In this document: one piece after another, positions 1-12,600 of the stretch
How the letters are laid out: the number at the start of each line of letters is the position of its first letter
Position numbering within the stretch: the first letter of the stretch is position 1
Assembly: GCA_002633005.1 (NCBI GenBank)
Contig: NMRA01000445.1
Location: 192,402 to 256,401 of the forward strand
Length of the DNA: 64,000 nt
Direction of reading: 5' to 3'
DNA from: Phoronis australis
Taxonomy: Eukaryota; Animalia; Phoronida
Position numbers and translations under genes: made by a program
The notes under the pieces: model-generated
What the model saw: only the letters and a program-made list of their open reading frames with translations
Database searches by the model: none
Told to the model about the DNA's origin: nothing

Positions 1-240
1 CATCAGCAAATGAAATTGCATTGGGTCAACATGATGCTCAACTAGCGCTGCTACACACACAACACCAAGAACAGTTGAATCAACAAATAGCCTACTGGGC
101 AACATTCCAAAGAAATACCACCGGCAACACTCAGCAATTGTTGACCGCGAGAACTATGGTGATTGCGAAAAAAGATCGTTATAGTTCAAGCACTGAGAAA
201 GCGTCATGGATATAAGCCATAAATTATGAAGATAACTTAC

Positions 241-487
241 CTTTTCACAAGACCAGCTTCAAACTTCATGATATGTTTGTCGTCGAAGCAGCCGTCCTCA
301 AAGTGGTCGGAGCATATTTCGGCTCCGACAGACTGGCCGACTCGACAGTCATTTTACAATGACGAGCAGTGCACACGAAAACGTGCCATTTTGCAGCCAG
401 ATGCTTGTCTTTGGGAAACCTAAATAGGGTCACGCCTTCCACCTGGCTGGTGTTAGCACAGTTGGCGCACACACACCGATGTACCAT
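241..487 (-). pseudogene. THAP (C2CH zinc finger) domain exon with a frameshift; host THAP gene or DNA-transposon relic, continues off the left edge
   Basis: MVHRCVCANC...LFRFPKD...KW in one frame. The second half (EICSDHFEDGCFDDK...) is in the -1 frame and ends at a GTAAGT donor (plus 235-240). Confidence 0.75.
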
Positions 488-2038
488 GTCAAATCACGCC
501 AAGATTGAACGCTCCTTGTTCGTCTTCCACTGTTTTGTATGGGCGATGAACTGCATTGTGGGATATTGATCTAGTTTGTGTTCCCCAACACCATGTCACG
601 GTGTCAAAGGTCAACTTTTCGCGGATTTTTTTTAATTTTCGCTTTTTAGCGTAACTACAGACACAATAACATGATAATTGGAAGAAGATATATCCAACTA
701 ACAATATCTTGAAAATATAATTACAATTTAACATACTTAGACCTTGCAATTTACACTTTAATGTTTTACTCCACGGCAGAGGTAACGACCGTCGGCATGT
801 GCACACAAAATGTGTGAGTTAACCGGCACTCACCTTGCATGCTGCAGCCGTTTAAGTGAAAAACAAGCTAATAAACGCCATTTTCTTGCATAATCCTCCG
901 CCTTTGGTAACAAAAGTCTGTCGTCGATGACCCGCAGGCGCTCTCACTCTTATACGCAGAGGAACTTCAAAGCAAACGTCACGTGGCAACAACGTGTGTT
1001 CATCCAGAGATTTTTCTCGTGTTGTGGGGTACGATGTAGCGCAGATTTGGACTTAATCGCAATTAATCTGCACTCCACTTGAACTTAAAAAATTGTAAAA
1101 CATCAGGAGGATTTCAGGTAATTTGTTGTGTCGAAACTGTATTTTTATTCAAGAATTCAAGTTTTCCTGTCGACGATCGCGACTCAGCGACTTATCAGTC
1201 GGCAAGTTTTCGCCCTGGGATTTCAACCCAAATTTTAGAAAAATGATCGTAATTTAACAACGGAGTTTGAAAGCAATGCACCACAGTTTTATAGAAAGAC
1301 TGTCATGGGCTACAAATACGTCACAGAGCGTAAATTTGATAAATCCTAGCTTCCGATATTACCCGGTTCGGAAACCGAGTTTCTGAACTGCCTTAGGCTA
1401 CAATAAGCTCCCCCTCCCCGTGAAATAAATTTTTGTAAGCGACCGGTATACAGCTTTCCACCAAGGCTAGGTGATGCTACGACATATGCTTTTTTGCTTC
1501 TACGGATTGTTGCCATTTTTTTCTTGTTTCCATAGCATAATGATGGCGGAAATGAAAACGTTGCATATTTGAATTTTAATGTTTGCATAATCTGGAAATT
1601 TAGAGGTCGGTAAACCAAGTTTTTTTAAAACACTTTCGGCGAAAAACCAGCAGAAGATGCCATGAAGGTATTAACTATTCCATGCAGCGTTATTTAACTG
1701 GTCTTGGTTAACTATCATTTTATGGCCTGGTCATGCATTCAGCCAAAAGTAGTTCCATAGCTAGGTGGCTTAGCAGTCAATTATTCACGCATGATGACTC
1801 GCAACAGAAGCCTGATAAGAGTGAAGGTGGAATAAATGCGGTGTTCCTACAGTTTCTTGTGGTAGTGGATGTGTTCATGACATGCGAACCTAGTTTTCCG
1901 GAAAAAAAACTATTTCCTTTCGTCAGGCAACTCTTTGGTGCATTGACTTGTTCTTTAACTGTATTTTTCTAAGTCTCTGTGGTTAATTATTGACACATTT
2001 TTTAAGATTTAATATTCAGGTTGGACTCCAAAGACAGG

Positions 2039-2371
2039 TGTCGCGTGAAATTTCTTCCCCGTGAAATTTCTTCCCAATCCGACTTTGCGCATGCGCAGAT
2101 TGGCCAGGTTGGCATCCGGTCTTGAGAGCGTGAAATTTCTTCCCAGGGCACTTCTGTACGCTACTGTGAGACAGTTGAGTCGTTATCTGCTACGAACACG
2201 AATATTCCAGACGTTTTTTTGCAAAGATGCATGATCTCAAGCACAGTGAGAGTGACGTGAAGAAGTTTTTGGAGGATGGATCCCATCCGTTGACTTTGAC
2301 GAAGAGTCAGCGCAATGCTTTACGAAGTTGTGCCAAGGCCCAAGGACTTTCGCCGTTTTGGTCAGGTAAGT
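2039..2371 (+). mobile_element. Ginger/GIN-like DNA transposon 5' end relic with first coding exon (2227-2365)
   Basis: TGT terminus and three CGTGAAATTTCTTCCC subterminal repeats. ORF DVKKFLEDGSHPLTLTKSQRNALRSCAK(DF) resembles the N-terminus of Ginger/gypsy-type integrases. GTAAGT donor at 2366. Confidence 0.5.
2086..2097. promoter_or_regulatory. NRF1-type palindromic motif
   Basis: TGCGCATGCGCA inside the Ginger-like end, about 130 nt upstream of its ATG. Confidence 0.4.
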
Positions 2372-3594
2372 CGACTAAAGTGATAGGCCTACTGCAATTA
2401 TGAGCCTACATTTGCTATAAGAAAACTGAAGTATGTTTGTTGTTGTTAAGCAAGGTTATCATGTCATTCGTTAGTCAAATCCTGCAGCTGTAGTACTGTA
2501 CTAGTCTCTGCATTTAGCCAAAATATTTACAGATTATACTCCAACCTAGTAGACACTCTAGGAATGATCGTAATAACACCCATGTTGGCTGAGATTCCCT
2601 CCAACTTAATATGTTGCTTTATGATCTTGGAATGTTGAGAATTTGTTGTTTTTTTTTGCTAAGGCAGATGTCTTTTCTTATAGTACATTTATGAAAAGGA
2701 TCGACCTGTGCATAACATGAAAAATATAAACTTCGTTCAGTGTAACTGTGTTTTTGTCAATTGCTAGGGTTGGAAAAAGAGAAAGTACTTGGCCAATAGT
2801 TTTGAAAACTGTTTAATACCTTTAAAACTCTATCGTGGACCTAGAAATGTTGCATATTGGAATACGACCGTTTTGCTCATAGTTGTGCTTGTGGTTAGGC
2901 CATTTGTGTAAGGGCTCTGTATATTCTCATTTTGTGTGCGAATTTCTGGCATACTTTGCAAATAGTCAGGTACTATTAATCTCGACTTCTAATGTCACTG
3001 TTAGTGTTTCCTTTTTTCTTTGAATTGAGCGCACTGAGCAGAGAAAAAGAGACAGAGAGAGCGAGACAGAGGGTGACAGGTTTATTAACATAAGTAATAT
3101 TAGCTCATAATACAGTTTACAGAGTACAATAAAACAAACAAAAACATGATCACAACCCGCAAAGTATAGGCCATACGTGCGCAAGCCCGGCGCCCAGTGA
3201 ACCGGCGACTGAATTGAAGTAAATCTAATTATAATTCATTTACCAATGTCTAACATAACAATGGCAATTGACTAAAATCGTTACATTATCACACACGTAG
3301 TGAATTTATATTTTTAGGCTTATTTTACAGGTGTGCTTTGCCGTCTTCACGCAATGTAAATTTCCGCTTTGTTTATCGCAGTGAGCCTCGCTTTGTATTT
3401 TAATGTCCGCCACGTGAATAGAGTCTATGGGATCCACCCGCGGCGGCGCGATTCACCGGTTTAGTCTATTACTTAACTTATTGCTGAACTAGTTTCCCGC
3501 ACTCGATCTAAGTTGGTCTTGCGACTAGTTACGCTGCACCGTTCAAGTGGTTAAAAATCTCTTTAGCACAGCTGAACAACAGATCACGGAAGCC

Positions 3595-3660
3595 ATGTCA
3601 GGAGAACCTAATCTTACATTGATGGAGGAAGTTCTATTACTTGGTTTAAACGACAGAGAG
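3595..3660 (+). CDS. GOLPH3: GOLPH3-like exon 1
   Basis: MSGEPNLTLMEEVLLLGLNDRE followed by GTATGT donor. Confidence 0.85.
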
Positions 3661-6600
3661 GTATGTCAATACTGAGATTGAGAAGATGAATTTCTCAGGT
3701 TTTTTTCATGAATATCACTGGCTGAGGGATCGACGCTCAGCATAATGTAAATGCTAGCTGGCAAGATTAACAGATTATCCCTGGCCGCCAAACGGAATTT
3801 CCAAAACTCGCTTGTATAAGATATCTGAAGTAAAATGCCAGAAAACTCGGGAAATTGATCCGCCGATGAATCCGAATTTTTTTCACCCTCAGTGCTTCAA
3901 AAGCTACTGGTTATTAACTTGGTTTTACTACTTTTGAATCGCTCCAAACATGTGGTCTCGCTCTTCTGATCCGTGCATTCAGTGTTTTTCCGAGGTGTAG
4001 TTCATTTGCTAGTTAGCCGATAACCGAGGGTGTGGCAGCCGTTATAACTCGCTAGTTCCCTGCGTGTAGAGATCACACACAGGTACCAGACAGCATTACG
4101 GCGTACGTCCTCCACCCCGGCCAACCCGCGATCGAGAACGCCCGGAAGGCGATCGAGAACGAGACCTTGCACCAAAAATGGAAGACGACAGTGACGTACC
4201 CGGTGAGTTTAAGTGTCATTTTCTGCTTAAATAGAGGCCACTTTGGTACGAATGTTACACACAGAAAAGCGTCAGGGTGTAACCTCATGTTGTGGATCTG
4301 AAGTAATACTTGGCTTTTGCTTATTTTTTAAAATGAAGAGCTCAGAAAGGAATGGCTTTCGCTAAAATGCCTTGCGCCTCGTAAAATCGACAATTTTTAC
4401 TTGTCAAGCAATCATTCCAGACGTGTGACGTTTATATCGTCCCTGGTTACACCTTTGTTAGTTATGATTTGTGAAACAATTTGATATTTACCAATACAAA
4501 AAGGTCCTTGTGCCGAGGCGGTGATCAGGAACGAAGTCGTTAATTCTTTATGGCGATCGTGAACGCACATTTTTTCCCTGAATTGGCCTGAATAATCGTT
4601 CGAATTTTAGAATAATACGGAGCCTGAATTAGTTGATGGGTTGATTATGAATTACAGTTCATCGTTTTTTCATGATTTCTAAGTGAGATTTAGCCTAACA
4701 AACATAACTGAATGCGTTTGATTTATTTTAGTTGAGCTGTCGCCACACTACGAGTCATTCAGGGTGTTAACGTCCACGCCTTCAAAAAAGAGTAGTACAC
4801 TGCTGCATGTCACCAAACAGTGTGTGTGTGTATGTTGTGGAGCCTCGTTCACGAACTAAGAAATCAACTTAGTATGACCACATGGCAATAAAACACAGTG
4901 ACACTACAACATGCAAGACCTTTACCAGCCCTGTGATTGACCGGTTGCATGCGTCAATAGTTTTTTACCAAAAAAGTAAAACACAACAAGAAGCATTGTC
5001 TTCAGGAATCAAGTCGATTCAGTGTCCGTAACAAAATAAAACTAACAAATGAGGAGCACTATCTTTATTAAAATAGCATATAATGCTACAATCAACTCAT
5101 TGGATCAAATAGAAGAATTATGTATCTGTGCCATGGATGTAAGTGTTATGAAACGTTTGGTGGTTGCACCCTACTGATACCCGACCGCGTATATGCACAC
5201 AGTCAAACCCAGTGCGTAATTGGTGATACCTGGTAATACAGAATAGATTGCCTTAACTTCCGTTGTAGTTGGGCGATTTTGCGGATTCAAAAACAAAAAT
5301 TATTAGCATTTGACAAGGAATTCAGAAAAGCTATTGGTGTGTGTGCAAATATGTTATAACTCAAGCCCAGTCACTGAGGCTAGATAGATCTACGATCTGA
5401 TCGGAGATTAGAACAAAAGAGAGCTGGCTCTCCTATATTAACTCGCTGGTTTCCTGCGTGCCGCTAGGTGATCGGTAGCCAGCACGCAGGTATCACTTAA
5501 TATTCCTCGGGTAATTGTTTTACACCGGCATTTCTGATTGGCTAGTCGAATTCTCAACAGGCAGCGCTTTACGCAAACAAACTGGCATGACTGATGGACT
5601 GAAGTGTAAATGTGGTCTGTTGGGCAGACAAATCGGTGCTTAAAATTTATGTTCAGGAAATGTGAATCCTAGAAATTGTGGTTGCGCCTTTTAATCGGAG
5701 TGCATCTTTCTACTTGATGTTTTTAGTTTCCAGTAGTATTGCGCAATGAATTTTTGTTCTTCAAACCTGAATCGTTTACTTGCATTTCCCGTGCATACTA
5801 CACACGGGGCATGCGCGCACCCACCCTAAAATATAGGGGGCTCAAATTTTTGAGGATGTAGACCTTTTACTAAAGAAAAAAAACGAATACGGGACGTGTT
5901 CAGGGCTATGAATTCTGCATACGCCGAATTCCTGCCTGAGTGGACTTTTGTCTCGTTTTCCTCGGATTTATTTTGTTTCTTCTAGGCCGACCCTTTCACC
6001 CAGTTTACCAAATGGGGGAGGGCTCGTTCGGGCCCCCCGAGCCCCCCCCCTCTATGGAAGCGCGCATGCACGGAGCAGCACGTCACGACTGGCACACCCA
6101 CGTTAAAAATAAGGTGTGACCATGCAGTAGGCCTGTTACCCACGGGAACTAAATTTGAACTCCAGACGTTGAAGTGTGTACATTTTTGGGACACACTCTG
6201 TATCATTTCCCCCAGCAACCAGAATTTTGACCACCGGTAGTGTTTCATCTAGGGATTCTGAAACGGCCACAAATGCAATCATACCAGGCAGGCACCTCGG
6301 GACCTTTCCAAAGAATTACTTCAAACTTGAAAGAATGGCCATAATAAATTGAAATTTTTCCCGAAACTGTATCATATTTCTCTGCTCTGGGTTGAAGGTT
6401 AAGGTTTGTTGTATTAAGAAATTACTTTAAACACTTGGTGGAACTGTGCTCAACCGTCATCTTCAGTTGGTCTCCTACAAATCATTAAGGACAGTGGGAG
6501 ACCAACTGAAGATGACGGTTGAGCACAGTTCCATCAAGTGTTTAAAGTAAGTTCTTAATAAAACAAACCTTAAACTTCAACCCAGAGCAGAGAAATAGGT

Positions 6601-9600
6601 ACGAATCCGCTGTTGGAACCCAGCTGTAACTACTTCAGGCAGCTCCCACCTACCCGTCAGTGCGCTGGTCCTAGACCCATTCTTACTCTCCGTGAAACTT
6701 TGTTGGTTCAAGGTTACTCAAATCGTGGGGGCTGCATCCCCGGTGAAACTCTGAGTAGAAAACGGTAAAGTAATATTTCGTCTGTGCTTCAAAAATAGTG
6801 AATCTGTTCTGACGATTTTTCTTGGAATTTTTGAATAACTCTCATGTTAGCATCCGCAAGAAGTAGATTCGCCACGATCTGCTCAAAAGTTATTTTTAAG
6901 AGTTTTTGCATTCCATGCCTCTTAAAGAGACATCACATGTGTTTTTCAGGGCCACGCCTCTTTCTGGAGTGACCGGATTTCACCCGCCCTTCGTGGCTGT
7001 ATCTTGGTCGAGCTAGCTCTGCGCGGCAGAATTGGTCTGGAAAAGAAATGTGCGCAAAGGGGGAGCCTGGGTAATCGACGTGTTGTCTGCTTAAATGACA
7101 CGCCCACGGGCAATGAAATTTTGGACGAGGCGTTGAAGTTCATTAAGGATACAGACCCTGCAGAAAACGTGAAAGTTTGGGTGGAATATCTCAATGGTAA
7201 CTGTTGTTCTGATTGCTGTTCAGTGTGTAAGTAGTATAGTAAGAGGTTTAGGACGCCCGTTTGGGAGGGTCTCGGGTCAAAGGTCATACATGCGAAAGGA
7301 GAAGGTCAAAGGTCACGTGGGATAACTGCAATCGGAAGGGACACTATCCGCCTACCGGACGGATGTGTCAATGACGTCACACCTCATGACGTAATAGGTT
7401 TAATGAGTCCCGTTAGAGAGGCACCTCGATGCTCATTTTTGCGGCTCCTCGCAACGGATCGACACCGCAACAAAAGAGGGATGACGCTGCTGAATAAGAA
7501 CAAAACTTATTTCGTGTCCCCAATTAAGTGAGTGTCGTCGTTGTATATTGTTTGTTCTGTCTCATTGATCAAAAACAAAGGCGTATACAAAAGGGGATAA
7601 CCACCCAACTCAACAACAGATGTCGCGTAAAGTCTAACCCAGGACCCGACGGTACTAAGCGAATCATACTAATAATACTAATAACAAGAGGCGACCAGCT
7701 AACACAGAACATAAAAACTGATAGCGTTTAAACGTGTGTTAATCAAAAACAAACACTGCAAATATCATCATTCGAATACACTACAAAAATCATCAAGACG
7801 TTCAGGAAAGTAGTCTATAGCAAAGTATCAAATGTCCGAATTAAATGTTCAAAGGTCCAGTGGTGACGCCGTCGTCGAACAGTCGTCTTTTGGGATAAAA
7901 GTAGGTGAACGCGCACCTCTCTTGCAGGTAGGTATACATAGTGTTGAAAATAGTCTGACCAACTGAGAGAGAAAAGAAACTTTTCGTGTTTAACCGAGAA
8001 TTACTAACGGCATACAAAAGTGAATAAAGACGGGTGAATGCAAAGTGTTAGTCAAGTTTTCGTTCACAAATATACACAAAGCACCGTCTGAGCTTTGAAA
8101 ACTCTTACATAATCATCGCGTAAAGTCTGGGCTGACACAAACCCTAGTGTTCATTAAGTACATTTTGAACCCGTTTGCGAATTTTGCACTTCAATAGTGT
8201 GCTGGATACTTTAATAAATATCACCAAACACGTCTTTCTTGACACTCGTTGCGTGTATTTCGAACTAAACAACTGGGCACACACGTGTCGCAAATAAATG
8301 ATCGTCTATATGTTATTAGGTACTACGCAACGTGTATAGAAACACGGGTTCAAAATGTACTTAATGAACCCTAGAGTTTGTGTCAGCCTGAGCCCAGACT
8401 TCACGCGATGATTATGTAAGATTTTTCAAAGCTCGGACGGTGCTTTGTGTGTATTTGTGAACGAAAACTTGACGTCATACTTCGCATTCATCCGTCTTTA
8501 TTCAATTTTGTATCACGGGTGAGACATGACCGCCGGTCCTCTAAATCGGACTGACTCACCCAAAACAGGACCTCCGGGGATCAAATTGGACCAGAAAAAT
8601 CGCACCAGAAAATGGGACTGACGCACCTAAAAACATGACCGCCCCACCACAAAACAGGACTGCCGGGAACTGAACATGATCCCGCCGGACAATATGCGGT
8701 TTCAATCCCCGGCGGTCATGTTGAGTCCCCGGCGGTCCTGTTTTCTGGTGAGGCGGTCATGTTTTTAGGTGCGTCAGTCCCATTTTCTGGAACGACGGTC
8801 CCATTTGATCCCCGGAGGTCCTGTTTTGGGTGAGGCGGTCCGATTTAAGAGGACCGGCGGTCATGTTGTTTCTCACCCGTGTGTATGCCGTTAGTAATTC
8901 TCGTTTAAACACGAAAAGTAAGTTTCTTTTCTCTCTTAGTTGGTCAGACTATTTTCAACACTATGTATACCTACCTGCAAGAGAGGTGCGCGTTCACCTA
9001 TACTTTTATCCCTGGCCAAAAGACGAATGTTCGACGACGGCGTCACCACTGGACCTTTGAACATTTAATTCGGACATTTGATAATTTACTATAGACTACT
9101 TTTCTGAACGTCTTGATGATTTTTGTAGTGTATTCGAATGATGATTTTTGCAGTGTTTGTTTTTGATTAACACACGTTTAAACGCTATCAGTTTTTATGT
9201 TCTGTGTTAGCTGGTCGCCTCTTGTTATTAGTATTATTAGTATGATTCGCTTAGTACCGTCGGGTCCTGGGTTAGACATTACGCGACATCTGTTGTTGAG
9301 TTGGGTGGTTATCCCCTTTTGTATACGCTTTTTGTTTTTGATCAATGAGACAGAACAAACAATATACAACGACGACACTCACGTAATTGGGGACACGAAA
9401 TAAGTCACGTTCTTATTCAGCAGCGTCATTCCTCTTTTGTTTCGGTGTCGATCCGTTGCGAGGAGCCGCAAAAATGAGCATCGAGGTGCCTCTCTAACGG
9501 GACTCATTAAACCTATTACGTCATGAGGTGTGACGTCATTGACACATCCGTCCGGTAGGCGGATAGTGTTCCTTCTGATTGCAGTTATCACACGTGACCT

Positions 9601-12600
9601 TTGACCTTTTCCATTCGCATTGATGACCTTTGACCCGAGACCCTCCCAAACGGGCGTCCTAAACCTCTTCCTATATCAAGGTACCTAAACTACACGGTTA
9701 ATGGACTCATGAACACGGTCCACGCACGCATGAACACGACTCACGGACCTGCAAACACCATCCACTGACTCACAAACACGGGAACGGACTCACAAAACAC
9801 GATCCATGTACCCAAATCCACGAGACACGGACTCATATTCCCGAGGAAACACGGTTAACGGACCGCCAAACACGGTTTACGGACAAAATGGCGATGTCAG
9901 CTGACCCAGGAAGCCGATGAGTCCGTGACCCGTGTTTGGCGGTCCGTTAACCGTGTTCCTCTTGAATATGAGTCCGTGTCCCGTGTATTTGGGTGCGTGG
10001 ATCGTGTTTTGTGAGTCTGTTCCCGTGTTTGTGAGTCAGTGGAAGGTGTTTGCAGGTCCGTGAGTCGTGTTCATGCGTCCATGCCCGTGTTTATGAGTCC
10101 GTTGACCGTGTAGTTTTGGTACCTTGTATACTACTTGTGTAGTATTTCGGCGGAGGGCGATTGGTTGCAATTGGGCTCAAAACCGCTATAACTGCCTTCG
10201 ACAGAAAGCCACGTTTTTGTCAGTTTTCCAGTTTTAACTATAGGATGACTTGTCGATGATCGATTCCAACACGATTAAATCGATTCTGTGATCTCGGCAA
10301 ATGCATAAAAATCAGTCATTTTAATCGTCCGCATGCAAATCTTCACCTGGTATTGATAAACATAAAATTCACAGCGGCTCGATTTCGTTACACGCAACTC
10401 GCCAATGCAACTTCAGATTGTGAAAAATCAAAAGCGAGCAGCAATGAGTCAGACAATAATTCGTCCGTAATTTGCTTCAAGAGATGACTTCCAATCCATT
10501 TTTAAAGGTGCTTTTTATCATTTATAAAACAGTTCAAAAACAAACAAACAAATAAGTACATCCATTCATTCACGCATGCACACCTCAGGAGAGATCATTC
10601 TCGTATCTCGTATAAACAACTTTTACAAGTTAACGTGAACAATAAAATTTTCCCATTTCGCAGAGAAGCTGTCACATATAAAATTTTTACATGCAATTAA
10701 TTTTTCAACATTGTAGCACTCATAAGTATATGTAATAAACCTGTGAAAATTCGGTATATTTTTGTGACATCTCTCCTAGTAAATTTACTGTTTGGCTATA
10801 AGAAGCAAAATGTTAAAAAGAAAATCATGCGTCTCATAAAGTCCAAGAATAACTCGTTCGTAAGAGAGACAGTTGGGAAGCTGAATGCGACCCTCTTGCA
10901 TTAGCTTTCCGAATTCCTTCCAGAAATCTTGTACAATGCGACATTGCCAAAAAAGGTGTGATAGCGTCTCTGGAGCTTTATTACGAAAGGAACATAAATT
11001 AGAATCTCGCACACGGATTTTGACTAAAAAGGTATTTGTTACAACAATCCTGTGTAATATTCTAAATTGGAACCATCTAATGTTGGGATCCTTTGTAATT
11101 TCATAAGGCAGTGCGTATATTTTCTTCCAATCTAAAGTATCTTCTAACGCTATTTCCCATTTACACTCTGACTTAGAAGGTTTCTTAACGTCATTAAAGA
11201 CTGAACAAATATGTCTACAACCCTTCAAATCTTTCCGTAAGTGAGTAATTTCTTGTAAAGGCATGCAAGGAGAGTAGACATTAACACTTTTAAATTTACT
11301 TTGAAATAGACTTTTTTGAATCCTTCTTAGAACGGAAACAACACCATTATATTCTACAAAATTGGTTTTTACATCGAACTCATTTTTCATATGGTTCAAA
11401 CTAACGAAATCACAATCAGTGGTAAACATATATCTAATAAATCTTAAGCCTTTTACAAACCAAGGCTTATAAAAAACACTTGTGCCTGCGATCGCCAAGT
11501 TACTATTAAACCACAAAGGTTGATTCAAAAAGTCCTCCTTACTTGCAACAATTATTTTCTTGTAGAAAGATTCATACTTCCAAATACTTCGCGCCAGTAG
11601 GAATAACCAATTAGAGTTAACTTCGACTTAATAAAGTCATCTCCAAATGAAGCAAAATTCTTCAAGAACGGGTAGAGTGAGTACAGTAATTCACCACTTT
11701 TAAACGCAGGGCTTTCAAGACATTCAATTAGTAACGTTTTGATGTTACTCAATGTCATCAGGATTATAATCGGTACACAAATACGAGTAAAAATTACTTC
11801 ATTTTTTGAATGTGCTGTTAAGTAAGGATGACTTTGAACTAGTTACAAGTGCATATCGTAAAGACATTTTCCCAGGTCTGTAATTAGGGTGGGGCAATTA
11901 AGCTCCTAAAAAGCAAAACAAAAACTGCCTTAGTTTACATTTCGCTGTGCAGAGCTTGAAGGAGAATTTGTAATGTCTAAAGTAACTGAATTTCGTTAAG
12001 TCACTGTTGTTTGGCAACAGCTACCCCAATACTCTTGTTGACTCTTGTAGTCTTAGATATTTTAATTCTGTCATCATGTCAGAGATGTTGTCCACTACCA
12101 AGATGTAGGTGGTCCTGACATGGTACTTTGATGGTGAGGAAAGGCTCTTCAATATTCCGAAAGTTGCCAAAACTGAGACTCGATACCTCTGCTTTCAACA
12201 GAGTTCTTAAATTGGTCAGTGAGATGGGAGAGTCTTTCTTTTCCATTTCCGTTCTGTTCAGTATATCACACAGAAATTTATGACAGCCCCTTGCATTCTG
12301 TTATCATGATGTGGGAAATGTTCTTGGGTGGCACAAATCAGGTTTTGAGGGCTATTTTTCGACCTAGAAGGTGTGTATTTGCTCTTGAGAGGTCCAGATT
12401 TCTCTTCCAGTTTTTGGCGTTGTCTTCGTTTCTCCCGGACGTCATGTTTGAAGCCTGGTATATATATCTAAGAACCTGCAGCACTGATTTGGCGTAGTAC
12501 AAGTTGCCAGGGTTGTGTATTATCGTCATAGTCGGTGAAAGAACAGGCTTTGCATTGACATCCTTAGCGATGGGGAGTTGTGAGGTTTCTGGACTATGGG

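Larger units (their letters stand above)
7229..10136. mobile_element. Large foldback non-autonomous DNA element (~945-bp arms) with two nested MITEs
   Basis: Left arm 7229-8174 is the reverse complement of 8344-8513 + 8887-9675 + 10127-10136. Flanked by GTGT direct repeats (7225-7228, 10137-10140). Confidence 0.9.

Noticed and set aside
6496-6545. Hammerhead ribozyme core (CTGAAGA)
   Set aside because: No GAAA core element or compatible stems follow
7528-9591. Mirror-image ORFs (7528-7731 plus, 9178-9591 minus)
   Set aside because: Products of the foldback's inverted arms; no recognisable domain
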